Shown here piece by piece: positions 36,095 through 52,100 of a stretch of 57,362 bases of DNA; the first letter of the stretch is position 1, and each line of letters begins with the position of its first letter. The stretch is from Macrostomum lignano (taxonomy: Eukaryota): contig NIVC01004162.1 of the NCBI GenBank assembly GCA_002269645.1, forward strand, positions 1-57,362, given 5' to 3'. The translations under genes and the position numbers were made by a program. The notes under the pieces are model-generated. The model was not told the origin of the DNA. It ran no database searches and worked only from the letters and a program-made list of their open reading frames with translations.

Positions 36095-36663
36095 CCTTGG
36101 TGCCGGCGCCCCTTGGTGCTGGCGCCCCTTGGTGCTGGCGCCCCTTGGTGCTGGCGCCCCTTGGTGCTGGCGCCCCTTGGTGCTGGCGCCCCTTGGTGCT
36201 GGCGCCCCTTGGTGCTGGCGCCCCTTGGTGCTGGCGCCCCTTGGTGCTGGCGCCCCTTGGTGCTGGCGCCCCTTGGTGCTGGCGCCCCTTGGTGCTGGCG
36301 CCCCTTGGTGCTGGCGCCCCTTGGTGCTGGCGCCCCTTGGTGCTGGCGCCCCTTGGTGCTGGCGCCCCTTGGTGCTGGCGCCCCTTGGTGCTGGCGCCCC
36401 TTGGTGCTGGCGCCCCTTGGTGCTGGCGCCCCTTGGTGCTGGCGCCCCTTGGTGCTGGCGCCCCTTGGTGCTGGCGCCCCTTGGTGCTGGCGCCCCTTGG
36501 TGCTGGCGCCCCTTGGTGCTGGCGCCCCTTGGTGCTGGCGCCCCTTGGTGCTGGCGCCCCTTGGTGCTGGCGCCCCTTGGTGCTGGCGCCCCTTGGTGCT
36601 GGCGCCCCTTGGTGCTGGCGCCCCTTGGTGCTGGCGCCCCTTGGTGCTGGCGCCCCTTGGTGG
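36095..36663. repeat. 16-bp minisatellite (CCTTGGTGCTGGCGCC), about 35 copies
   Basis: Essentially invariant tandem unit. Confidence 0.98.
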
Positions 36664-37679
36664 GGTTTTGAAAGGGTTAATTGAGGTGACATTCCATAAG
36701 CTAAGTGTAGCCTTGTGAATCCACTGTTTTTAATTTGGATGACTCCAAGTTCTGCGTCAAACTGTCCTTGGACAGGATGGAGAGAGGAGGAGGCGGACAG
36801 ATGCAGAGAGAGAACCGTGGGAACCGCGACACGTGGGATCGCTCTAGCATCCCCAGCATCCCCAGCAGCTCCATCAGGGATTTTTGTTGATTCATTCTTT
36901 CTCCCCATCTATACAGCTTCCTCCATCCCATGCATGCGTTCCAATGCTAACATACTCGACTTGGGTTTCCAGTCCAGATCGGGTTTTCTCTTCAAAAGTA
37001 GTCCTTCGCTCAATCGTATTGAAATCGACTGTGAAGACGAATTGCAGATAAGCTTAGCTGCTTAGAAGGGATATTTGTTAAATAATTGGACTAGTATAGT
37101 TCGCTGGGATTATCTTAGAATGCTTGGTTGGATAGAAAAGAAGCTTTCCCTGAGCTCCTTCTGTCTCCTACGCCTACCCCCTGTCCATTCTTCCAGCGCC
37201 CCCAAGCTAACATGGCCTTGGAACAACAGCTGACGGAATTCCCACCATAACTGGTGGCCCCTTACAAGACACGGCCCAAGAGTTTCTTTTCCTTCATCTG
37301 GCTCCTCGTCGATTCGTTACCAGGGCCTAAACTCTTATATGCTACGGAGACTGGAAAACGAAACTATTTTTGTCAATACTTGAAGCAAAAACTATACATG
37401 TACATGTTCACATGACGCCAAAATCAGTGTTTTAGCTAGGGAAAAATCAGTGCTTAGAAAGTGCCAAAACTAGGGTTTAAATTGTGCCAAGGCCAAAATT
37501 AGTGTTTATTTGTCGCAAAAATTAATGTTTATATAGCGACAGAATCAGTGTTTAAATAGTGTTTAAATTGGTGTTTAAATACCAACAAAATCGGTGTACA
37601 AATTGTGCAACAATCTGTGTTTAAATATCGCAAAAACCAGTGTTTAAATATCTTCAAAATCGGTGTTTAAAAGGCGACT

Positions 37680-38176
37680 AAATTAGTGTTTAAACAACGC
37701 CAAAATTAGTGTCTAAACAGCGCCAAAATTAGTGTCTAAACAGCGCCAAAATTAGTGTCTAAACAGCGCCAAAATTAGTGTCTAAACAGCGCCAAAATTA
37801 GTGTCTAAACAGCGCCAAAATTAGTGTTTAAACAACGCCAAAATTAGTGTTTAAACAACGCCAAAATTAGTGTCCAAACAACGCCAAAATTAGTGTCTAA
37901 ACAGCGCCAAAATTAGTGTCTAAACAACGCCAAAATTAGTGTCTAAACAACGCCAAAATTAGTGTCTAAACAGCGCCAGAATTAGTGTCCAAACAACGCC
38001 AAAATTAGTGTCCAAACAACGCCAAAATTAGTGTCTAAACAGCGCCAAAATTAGTGTCTAAACAACGCCAAAATTAGTGTCTAAACAGCGCCAAAATTAG
38101 TGTCTAAACAACGCCAAAATTAGTGTCCAAACAACGCCAAAATTAGTGTCTAAAAAACGCCAAAATTAGTGTTTAA
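37680..38176. repeat. 23-bp minisatellite (CTAAACA(G/A)CGCCAAAATTAGTGT), about 21 copies
   Basis: Directly visible, with degenerate copies extending back to about 37420. Confidence 0.95.
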
Positions 38177-38867
38177 ATCGCGCCATAGCGCCGAAATCGG
38201 TGCTGACAGGAATTTTCAGAGTGAAAATTTTAAACTCAAACCTCCAAATATCGTGACCGGGCGCAGAAAAAATAAAAGAAGAGTTGCCTTTCCAGAATTT
38301 TGCTTAACGAAGTTTAATGCTCCGCGTCTTCACGCGTGCTCCCGTTGTCGTGTTTTGGGATTCGAAATTGCTGCCTACTGGGTGAGGGGCCGGGGCTGCG
38401 GAAGTCGCTTGATTGGTAAGAAACAGTTACCGCAGCCCCCACCCCTACCCCAAGCCTGGCTCAAGAGCAAGACTTAAATAGATGCTATCCAATTACTGTA
38501 GGGAAACTTATCATATAGGGTCGCCTCTCTGCCCGTTAATTTCTGCTCCTAGCCAAACCATTTGTTAGTGAAAGACACGTGGATATTGCATATAGAATAT
38601 AATATACTGGTCTGCCAGTGCCACGTAAAATCACTCCAAGAGAGCTACTAAGCCTTACCTTAATAAGCCTTACTAGGCCACCCGTGAGAACGGAGCCATC
38701 TGGATTTCTTATTTTTCCTCGCTTTGCTCCCTCCTCCCTCTCTGGCTGCTCACGCTACTCCCTATACCGTTTTTAGGCATAGAGGGAAGAGAAGAGCTCA
38801 GCCCTAGCAGTAGGTAAGGGCTGCAATCCGAATCATATTCTCACTGTGCAGTTGCGCGTGCGCGTGA

Positions 38868-41073
<2,206 letters not shown>

Positions 41074-43112
41074 ACAATTTCTAAGAATAACTAATTGCCA
41101 TTATGACACTTTATGATTGTTTATATTACGAGAGCCACTGTATAAGAAGATACCGTTGGACGTACGAATACATAGCACTGTTGGCTAGTTTAATATATTT
41201 TTTGTGTAGCACTACAAATAGTTCACAGGTAACAGTGAAGCAGTAGAGTACGCAGGTAGTTTGAAGGGCCGCAACCCCTTGGCCATATTTGATTTCTTGG
41301 TATGCGTTTCTTCTCTTGAGCCAATGGATGCGAAGTCCAAGAGGAGACTAAAGTTGGGCGCCCGTCATTCTTCCAGTTTGGTTACAAGTCTTCTCGCATT
41401 TAGCTTTTCGAGGGGTGATTGGAGGGGCCGCGACCCCCTGAACCCTCCCCCCTTTGCGAACGCCAATGCAGCGCAAAGATTACCCCACCCATGGCTGTTC
41501 TCTGTACTTCAAAACTTGAAGCCATTTTTCAGCATAACAGGGTTACATTTATGATTAAGTGCAACGGTAACTTCAAGTGATGCTATGCCTGTCAATAAAG
41601 TCCTTTATATTACTCTCTGTATATTTTGATTTTAGTCTACTTTTAAAAAGATTTCCCAACGAATTAGGTTTCGGTTTTGGTAAAATGTTATAAGATTTCT
41701 ACTTGCAGAAAGATATTGCTGATCATACGAAGTATAATGTTTTTAAATATATGCATTATAGTATCGAGTTTTTTAGCGCAATTCAGAAACAAGCCATTCG
41801 ATCAATCTATTATGTAAGTTCTTTACTACTGATAACCTGCAGAGCTGTTAGATTATTTCAGTTAATTATTGCCTGGTCCGTAAATCAGTATCGAGGCCAA
41901 AGTAAAGATATAATATTTGACTAAATTCTAGAGAATCACAAAATTGCTAAAATTAATAACGAGTTCTAGCCGCGAAGAATGTGCATTGACTTGTAATTAA
42001 ATCAACTGTCTCGTTTGCAAGTTTGTCAAGACTTTCTAAAACTGGTAACAGACTAATTAATACATGAAAATTGTAACCAGTGTAGATTAAGAAACAGTGC
42101 GCTTGATTTAAATCCATACAGCAATCCGAAATAGACGACAACCTACGGATAACGACGTCATAGGTCGGCTGAACGTCAGTGTAATGTAAAAAGACGAATT
42201 TGTCAGTTACGTCCGTACATCGGACGTCCGGCTTGTCGTGGGTATGTTTTTCAGATTAGAAAATAAAATCTTCAAATTAGGTTTCAAAAACTAATTTTAC
42301 TTAATCCTGTCACGTCACTAACTACTTCGTAGTATTAGTTATTGACTTAGGCGAAAGTTCTAAATTATTGTCATAGGTAGGCCAATTGTTGCACCAAGAA
42401 ATCCCGCATGTCCGTCAAATTGTTTTCAAGAAAAAGAGGAACCTACACATGAGAGTTTATGGATTGTCAATGCATCAATTGTGCATCAGACATCAGAGAC
42501 TTCAAAACTGTCTAATTGGACTGTCTGTTATGTTAATATCGTAAAACTTCTCAACGTACTTAAGACTCTCCATTGTCTTGCCCGTACGTACTAAATGTAT
42601 TTGACTGAACTAGAAAATAAACAAAAGTTTTAAACGACGTAGTTGAAAAACTGCGCAGCTTATCTACCCAAATTTGAGAAATTAGAACATGTGATTTAGT
42701 TAACTCTCGTCGATGCTTTAAAACAATAAAAGTTATACCTTCTGTAAAAATATAGAGGCCTCATATCGATGCAAATATTATATAGCTTAGATTACCAGAA
42801 ATTATAATTCCGAAAACCTGGCTTCATCAGAAATACGCTCGCAATTTTTTCATCAGTAAAACAGCATTTAAGTGTTCCAGATAAATTATAACAAAACTGA
42901 TTCATCTCTTGACGGAAATAAAAAATCAAAATTAATAATATCGAGCATACCAATTCCATCAGAAAAAAATCAAGAAAATAGTGATTAATTCCAATAAGAG
43001 AGACAAGTATTATTTTTAGAATGAATATTACAAGTACAAACGACTTAATTACAAAGAAAAATTAAAACGTCAAATCATACATCAAACGTCAAATTGGCCT
43101 GTCCAGAGTCAG

Positions 43113-46100
43113 CTAAACCAGCACCTCCCGGTAGACGGACGAAGCCAGGCCGGCCTCGCTGATGGCCGAAAGCCTGACGAACAGCCTCTGCTTGCCCGGG
43201 TCGATGGCCTTCAGCAGCAGACTCGGCTCGCGGGTCTCCAGCCAGCGCTGAAGGTCGCCAGCTGCCGGCTTGGTCTCGACCGTCACTTCGAACAGCAGCG
43301 AGCTGTCGGAGCGGAACATCCCGGACCAGTCCAGCAGCAGCTGGCGCTTAGCGGGGTCGAAGCTGACTTGCCACTGCCTGCCTGTGGTGCGGTTTTGCAT
43401 ATTTGGGTTTGAGGTTGTAAAGACTTCACTTTTTTTTAGTTTGTGTGGCAGAAAGATGCTTAGCGATAGGCTGATAAAATCATTCATATATGTATTTGTC
43501 GAAATAGTATTTTAACCGATCAATAATTTGGGGACTGTAAACTATACATATTAGTCACGTGCACGTACGCACAAAAACAGGCGAAGGAGAGAGTTAAAAG
43601 AGCACAATGGTAAAGTGTACGCAGCAACCCCTCAGCACCCCACAAAACACAAGCCAAGTCACTACAGAGGTTGCATTCGGGTTTGCGGTTGCATTTCGGT
43701 TTCTCGGTTGCATTTGGGTTTGTGGTTGCATTTGTGTTTGTGGTTGCACTTAGGTTTAAGGTTGCATTTGGGTTTGTGGTTGCATTTGTGTTTGTGGTTG
43801 CACTTAGGTTTAAGGTTGCATTTGGGTTTGTGGTTGCATTTGGGTTTGTGGTTGCATTTCGGTTTCTCGGTTGCATTTGGGTTTGTGGTTGCATTTGTGT
43901 TTGTGGTTGCACTTAGGTTTAAGGTTGCATTTGGGTTTGTGGTTGCATTTGGGTTTGTGGTTGCATTTCGGTTTCCCGGTTGCATTTGTGTTTGTGGTTG
44001 CATTTGTGTTTGTGGTTGCATTTGTGTTTGTGGTTGCATTTGTGTTTGTGGTTGCATTTGTGTTTGTGGTTGCATTTGTGTTTGTGGTTGCATTTGTGTT
44101 TGTGGTTGCATTTGTGTTTGTGGTTGCATTTGTGTTTGTGGTTGCATTTCGGTTTCCCGGTTGCATTTCGGTTTCCCGGTTGCATTTGGGTTTGTGGTTG
44201 CATTTGTGTTTGTGGTTGCACTTAGGTTTAAGGTTGCATTTGGGTTTGTGGTTGCATTTGTGTTTTTAGTTGCACTTAGGTTTAAGGTTGCATTTGGGTT
44301 TGTGGTTGCATTTGTGTTTGTGGTTGCACTTAGGTTTAAGGTTGCATTTGGGTTTGTGGTTGCATTTGTGTTTGTGGTTGCACTTAGGTTTAAGGTTGCA
44401 TTTGGGTTCCCGGTTGCATTTTGGTTTGTGGTTTCATTCGGGTTTGAGGTTGCATTAGGGTTTGCGGTTGCATTTGGGTTTGAGGTTGCACTTGGGTTTA
44501 AGGTTGCATTTGGGTTTCCTGTAGCATTTGGGTTCCCGGTTTCATTCGGGTTTGAGGTTGCATTAGGGTTTGCGGTTGCATTTGTGTTTGTGGTTGCACT
44601 TAGGTTTAAGGTTGCATTTGGGTTTGTGGTTGCATTTGGGTTTGTGGTTGCATTTCGGTTTCTCGGTTGCATTTGGGTTTGTGGTTGCATTTGGGTTTGT
44701 GGTTGCATTTGTGTTTGTGGTTGCACTTAGGTTTAAGGTTGCATTTGGGTTTGTGGTTGCATTTGTGTTTTTAGTTGCACTTAGGTTTAAGGTTGCATTT
44801 GGGTTTGTGGTTGCATTTGTGTTTGTGGTTGCACTTAGGTTTAAGGTTGCATTTGGGTTTGTGGTTGCATTTGTGTTTGTGGTTGCACTTAGGTTTAAGG
44901 TTGCATTTGGGTTCCCGGTTGCATTTTGGTTTGTGGTTTCATTCGGGTTTGAGGTTGCATTAGGGTTTGCGGTTGCATTTGGGTTTGAGGTTGCACTTGG
45001 GTTTAAGGTTGCATTTGGGTTTCCTGTAGCATTTGGGTTCCCGGTTGCATTGGGTTTGCGGTTGCATTTAAGTTTCCGGTTGCATTTCGGGTCGAATTCG
45101 AAATTGAAAACAAGTCACAATGTCCACTCTTACCAGTCAGCGCTGGAAACTGCGAGTCCACCGAGAACTCGCGCTCAACAATGCTGCTCAGCTTCCCCAG
45201 AGCGTTCACGGCTCGCACCTCAGCTCGGTAGCGCTGCCCGCTCGCTAGCGACAGACCGTGCAAAGCTGCCGCCTGAACGAAGGCGCCCTTCACCCGAGTC
45301 CAGTCCGGCACTACGGCGTTTCGAGTCACTTCTCTCAGTCGAATATCGTAGTCCCGAATCGGAATTCGATCGGTGAAGCCGCTCCAGCTCAGCTGCAGGT
45401 CTGTGGCGTTACCGAGCACGGAATTCGTTTGACCGAATGGCGTGACAGAGGTGCTGAGCAGTCGCAGCTTCACGTGTGCCGCATCGGGAGCTCCGTTGTA
45501 GATGAGCACGCCTGCTGATACGCTGAAATGGTATTCAAGTTTTGAGCATGTCATCCTGCTGCGATGCACCTCTGAACCGACTGTGACTCACCCTGTAGAC
45601 ACCAGTCCGACTCCGTTCGAGCACCTCACCAAGCTGAACACTCGCTGGCCGAGAAGCTTCTCGGGCTCGTTGATGAGCCGTGTTGCTGACAGCTGGCCCT
45701 GTGCCAGCTTCACATACTCCGCTACGTCGCAGGTTACTGCAGAAGTTCCCGAGCACCAGAAGCACTCGCTCAGGCCCGACTCCGGATCCTCGACTCCGAA
45801 TCGAACGGACAGCTCGCGCGCATTTTCCTGCAGATCGGTGTGGCCAGCGCTTGAGCTTCCGTCATGCACAAAGTCAAAGGCCGGCGGAGTCAAGTCGATC
45901 AGGTCGGGTTGCGAGTGGAAGAGTCGCGGAATTCCGGCACCGTTGATAGCCAGCACCGACACGTAGACATTGCTTCCGTGAGTGAGCATCACATCCGCCT
46001 TTGCCTCGTTGGCCGGTCCGAGCTGAGTAAACGGCAGAAGCTGCGTCCCTCCACGAACTGTTCCGATGGCCCATAGAACTTCGCTGATGCCACTCTCGGG

Positions 46101-49100
46101 ATCAGAGATGTCCCAACTGGCGTGCACAGTGCCGCTGTCTCTGACGCTCACGGAGTCCACATGAACGGATGCAGCCGTTGTGTTGTAGTCAGCAATTCCC
46201 ACATTGAGCACGGATACTGAGACCATGTCGATGGCTGACGATTGATATTGAACTCTTTGTAAAGGGGCAAAACTAAAGCATAAGCAAAACAAATGAAACA
46301 AATGACTAACGAGAGGAAACTCACCCAGACCGGTGTGAGGTGACAGAGACTCAATGGAAACGGTTGATTCCGCTGACTCGGCAGTAAAGTAGAATATCTG
46401 CTTGTGCCACTCTACACCGGAGCTCACTCCGCCTAGATCGGTGAACAACCGGAACGTCTGCAGCATTCCCGGACCCGAGACGAGACCGCCGACCGTAACT
46501 GATAGCGGGTCAGAGACGGGAAGATGAGACGCAAACAGTTGCATCCGATATCGACGTCCAGCTTCGGTTGTCAAAGTCTGCGATACCCGACCGAACAGCA
46601 GCAGCACAGATTCTCCGTCCACGGCCATGGAATGTCCAATGCGGACTGCGATCGCTCGACCATCTTGCAAAGTCCAGCGTGGCGAAACAGACTCGAGTCC
46701 AGCTAGAACTATGTGGCTGAGTGGCGCTGAGCTCGGAGGTCGGAGCGCTCCTTCTTCGAAGCTCGGGTTACCGACATTAATCGGCCGGTGTCCAATGCGG
46801 TTGGCCGCAATAGCCGGTGTCGTGTCTATAGTCACTCCGGGAGAAGTGATCGCCTCTGAGCTGCGATTTGCCGCGTCGACCGCCTTTGCACGACAGAAAT
46901 AGGTGCTTCCATGATGCCAAGGTCCTTTCCAAGTAGCTCTCTGCTCGAACTTAACATTCTTCCAGTCGGCGATGTCGCATTTGCTGGCATCATTGCTGGA
47001 AGTAATGCATGCAGAGTACGACTTGATGTAGGATTCTCGATCAAAGAAGCTGTGCCAACTGCATGACAGAGTCGTTTGGTCGCTGGAGTACTTTGAGTTG
47101 CTGTGATCTGTGAGAAATTGTTTATCTTGATTGAAATTGTTTAGGATAGTACTATAAATAGTTAGATAAATAATTTTGGTTGACATAGGCAACTTACCAT
47201 ACTATTGAACACCAATCCTGTAGACGGATTGTCCAAGTCCAGTACGAACCCATCAGATGATACTGACACGGAGAGTCCGTTCTCATCGAGAGCGGTCACG
47301 GTAGAAAAGTACCGTTACCTGGCTCAAGTTGCAGCTCATTGAATGTATAAGTGAAGTTTCCAGGAGGCATGAGGACGTTTGCAACATCGTCCATTCCGAT
47401 CTCACTGCCAATAGACACGCGGAATGACAGCGGCGGTGCTTCGTTTAGACTCGTGAACTTATTTCGCCACCCTACCGTCAGACTGTCAGTACTAGTTATG
47501 AAATCGGTGTCCCGTCGACTATCTGGTGACAACAGGTCCTTGACGCCGACACCGTAGTGTCGATTTACCCGCGGAAAGGTCGGGTTGACCAGTACGCCGT
47601 CCGAGCTGAACACGACGTGCGTGTTGTGATCAAACCAAGCCCGAACAAACACCTTGTATGATCGAAATACATTGAGGCGACGCCCAGCTGTGATATTCAA
47701 TGCCAAGAACGTCCTTAGACCGACATCATGCCATACGCGCTCGTGAACAGCGTCGTAGATACCCTTCGGCTCATTGTACTCAGCCAGACCTGCACTCACT
47801 TCATAACGAACAGGTGGTCGTCCCATTGCTCGACGGACTCGCCAAGTCGCTGCCAACAGAGACCTAGTCGGAGTTGTTTTTGCATCAGTTTGAGATTCTC
47901 CTCGAGGACCGAAGGCGGACACATCTAGAACCTCTATTTCGTTGTCGACATTATCCACTACATCGACGGCTCGACACTCAGTTCCTCGGCAGGTCTGATG
48001 CTGCGGAGCGCACGAGCAGTGCCCGTAGCAAGTAGCTGCGCCAGCACACCGACGAAGGAGCCACAAGTGACCACTTTCCAGCACGGACAATGCCGCTTGA
48101 ACTGGTTGACTGTGGAGACCGGCCTGAATCAGTAAATTACACACTTTCAAGTTTAAATAGTAGCTTCACAGTAATTATCCAACTGACTATTACCTTGTTG
48201 ACTGCAACAATGTGCACAATGAAGGACGTGCCCTCAGTTAGACTTCTCTTCAGTTCAAAGCTGGCCATCTGAATGGGACCTTCGTGAGGATTCAGCGGCA
48301 GACCAACTCCTTCGTCACTGTGCGGAACCTCTGTGACCTAAATAACAAAAAGCAGGCAATGCAGTTTTGTGATAACTATTTCGCGGTAACTTTAAAATTC
48401 TTTGTGGCTCACAACCTACCGACAAAAGCTCCGATCCGAACCATGTTGTGCCCATCTGAACGGTGTAGCGATCGATTCCCGAGTGAGGATCGTGGAATCC
48501 CACCCAGCTGATGTTGACTTCGTTTCCATCCCACCTGAGGCCATCCTCGATGTGTCTGCCCAGCTGCACGGCCGACTCTGTCTCGGCGGCTACGTGTCCC
48601 GTGATCGGAGGCGAAGTGTCCACAGCAACCGAGGCCGTCTGACGAGTGCATGCGTCCGCCAGATTGCACGACACGAGGTGAACAGTGTAGTTGGCTCCGT
48701 CTTTCAGATCCAGATCGCTGAATGTAAAGTTGCTCAGCAGACCGGGAATCTGCGATGTCAACAAAGAGGTGCGCAGCATTAGTTTACATACAAATTAAAT
48801 AAATCAGCTGCAAAACTAGGTCAGATACCTTTACGGGCTCGAACGTCACTCGTCCGTTATCATGGTTAGACAGAGAGATCCAGTGTTCTTTGATGCCGCT
48901 CTCCTTGTCAAAGACGCTCCACTTTACCACCATGATGTCGTCCAGGACGAGCCAGTTTGGCTCAATCTGACCGAAAGTCTCGCTTGCTGAGAGAGCAGTC
49001 TCGATCTCGGGAGGTGTGTCGTCAATCAGAAACTTGCTCGACTCAGTCAATGTCGTAAGACCTAAATGGTTGTAAAAATGTTGTTCAAATATTCAGCAAA

Positions 49101-52100
49101 GTTTAGCACGATCGACGCTATGATTACGTCATGCCCGCCGCTCACCTGCTTTATTCACAGTTTCCACAAACACCTTTAGACGCATCCCCGTTGGCAAGCT
49201 TCCAGAGTGTCGCACAAATGTCCTTTCGAAAGTTTTGATCCAGGCTATAACATCCGGCGAGTCAGACTCTTCGCGACCGACTCCCCAACGGTGATATGCA
49301 ATGTCGGACTCTGGATCGTTGAATCCGTATAGCAAAAACTCTAGCGATGAGCTACACATGCAAAAGTACAGCATGCATGTTTAGGCTATGAGTGGCTTTC
49401 AGCGTATCAAGTCATTATGATAAAATTGTTACTAAAAACACATTTACTCACCTTGATCGCAGGTACTGTTGGTTTGCGTCGCTTGAACCAATCAAGATGA
49501 TTCCGTTCAACGGAGGTGTGGAATCCAAAATGACACCATCGGAAGACGCCACAGAACAGAGATCCCCCGCGTTGCAGCCTTTGACATTGACAAAGTACCT
49601 CTGTCCAGGTTGCAAACGCAGATGGTCAATCTTTATACCTGAAGTAAGCAAAGTACGTCTGTATTCTTTGTTTAGAGTTAGTAATGAGCATAATTAGCTT
49701 CGTTTGACTTACTGTGTCGAACACCGACGTGAAGATACGGCATCACGTCTTGGCAACCTGGACATGATCCGATCGCCACCGAATAGTCCCTCACGTGACT
49801 GTGAGGATCATGGAAGTCGGTCCATTTTGCTGAGATGCCGTCCATATTGAACCGAAAGTTGCAATCGGTGCTGTTTGATACGGTCGGGTCGATATCGATC
49901 ACCGATCCAGCTACTGGTGGACTTCTGTCTACGAGCACTGGCTTCGAGTGGTCGCTCGATATAAGTCCGGCAAAGTTCTCAGCTCTCAGCAGCACCCAGT
50001 AGTGCTGTCCGTCTCTGGAGTATGACAGCTGCTTGGTTGTCCACCAAACACACTCGCCATCTGATTCAGTGTACGGAATGACATCAGGACGACCGGGCGA
50101 AGATCCGAGACCGACCCAGTAGCGACGAATGCCCGCGACGGGGTCAGAGAATCTACCGTTCCAGCACACTTCTTGGCCATTGCTGTTCGAGATTACATGC
50201 CGCAGACCCACAGAGATAGCTGCTGAGTGATTGGACTTAGGACCGTGCAGCACCACTCGGATCGACCGGGGCTTTGACCGACTCTCGCGACCGATGAAGT
50301 CGACAGCTGGAGCATAAGGCACAAGTCAATAGAAGCTCAGTAGTTTATTTGCGAAATTCAATTCTTCACTTACCTCTCACCGAGACAAAGTAGACGTGAC
50401 CTTCCTGAAGGACTCCCTTGAGCTGAGTAACAATCACACTGCGAGCACCGCCGACGTTTTTCCAATCGATTAGGTCACAACCGGAGGCGAATGATCCAAT
50501 GCAGTATTCGTAGTACTTTATGTCAGTCACGTGCGGCATGTCCGTAGACGTTCCAGACTCGAATCCTGACCACTCGAGAAGAAACTCAGTCACAGATGAC
50601 TGCAAACAATGAATGAATTCATTAAAACATCTACTTTGTAAAACTTACTGCAAAAATCGACATTCAACTTACCAGCATCTGATTGGCAAATCGTCCATTC
50701 ACTGCGATCCTGCCTTCGGTTGCTACATCTCCAAGCACAGTGACGCCATCGCTGCACTCGCTCAACTCAGGCAACAGCTGAGTGAACTTCTCAAATTGCA
50801 GCAAAGTTTCGTTAGCGTGAATGCACACGTGATACCGAGTCCCTGGTTGCAGCTGAACTCCGGGAACGTTCACGAACTCATCCCGAGTAAAGCCGCCTGC
50901 GATCGCATTCGCGTGACTCGTCGGCCGTTTTGGCGGCTCAAGCAGAATTCGGTCATAGTAACCGGAGCCTCCGGTCCCACTGGCTGCTAGAACAGCCCAT
51001 TCGTAGTTCTGTAAGGATTATATCCTATTTTGGTAACCATGCATGTATGCCTTTTAAAGCTTGTTTCGAATGGAATCCCGTTCTCTCACCAAATATCTCA
51101 GCTGGGGCCACACCGCTGCAAGTCGAGCGCTCGAGTTTGAGTAGTCCACGTCATCGACCGTCCATTGGTCATTCTTCTCAAGCTTCACTGGCCCGATTGC
51201 GTCCATCACGTTCGGATTACTTATCAGCTTCGGGTCGTACGCGCTGCAGTCTCTCAGCTCTCTACTGTCTACAGTCGACAGGCCTGCCTTGTTGAAGCAG
51301 CGAATCGCAAAACGGATGCATTTCGTCGATTTCAGAGGCCACGGTAGAGATATAGATTTAGTCTAAAGTATAGATAGTCAAATTAGGAGGTAGCTACATA
51401 CCACCATTGTTTCATTGTTTCAAGTGAAGCAGCCACCTACCGAGTTACTCGAATCGAGTTTCAATTCCGTCCATTGTACGATGTTGGCACCATCGTGTTG
51501 CAATGACCACTGGTATCCGCTGATAACACTGCTTCCTGCTGATCCTAGCTGCTTGAACTCGTCCATCTGCACTGTGATCTGAAAACAAAAGAAAATGTTC
51601 TTGTTTAGACGCCATAAATGCATTTGTGACAGAGTATGTTGTTCAGCATACTGTCTGGTTGTCAGCTCAAGATTGACACTCCACGCTCCAGCCACTGGGG
51701 AAGTGTGCAGGACCACAAAGTCTGGAGCAGTCTCGACCTCTGAGCAAACTTCACCATGACAGAGCTTCATTCGCGATCGGTAAGTGGCCCCATCGATGAG
51801 GTGCAAATTCGTGACGAGGACCGTCTCGCCCGAGTGCGAGACGCGTCTAAACTCTTCCACTGTGATCCAATCTAAAGCGAGTGGGTCAACACGGGAAGCA
51901 ACTCAGTCTACTTGCAGATAAACAAGGAGAAATGATTTTTCTACCGTACCGTCTCCTCGCTTCAACTCGAGACCCCAACTGACGTCGTGAAACAGCAGAT
52001 CGAGGGGTGATTTCGGCTTTGTCCACTTCAAACCAACCGTCGACAAAGAGCTTTGGAAATTATCTGTCAGCGACCCATCATTGTCGGGTCTCCAGTTCAC

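Noticed and set aside
35177-36908. Long repetitive ORFs (REKGAGRKRTLIEPD, GAPWCWRPLVLAPL)
   Set aside because: Translations of stop-free 45-bp and 16-bp minisatellites; no splice or start context.
37150-37300. Possible RTE-like LINE C-terminal relic on the minus strand (FLGRVL...QLLFQG...GRRRR)
   Set aside because: Too short and degenerate to support without a search.
43520-45376. MQPQTQ / NPNATT / FGFVVA ORFs resembling mucins or antifreeze proteins
   Set aside because: They lie in an intron whose flanking exons (45134 and 43381) splice in frame; open in several frames because of the satellite.
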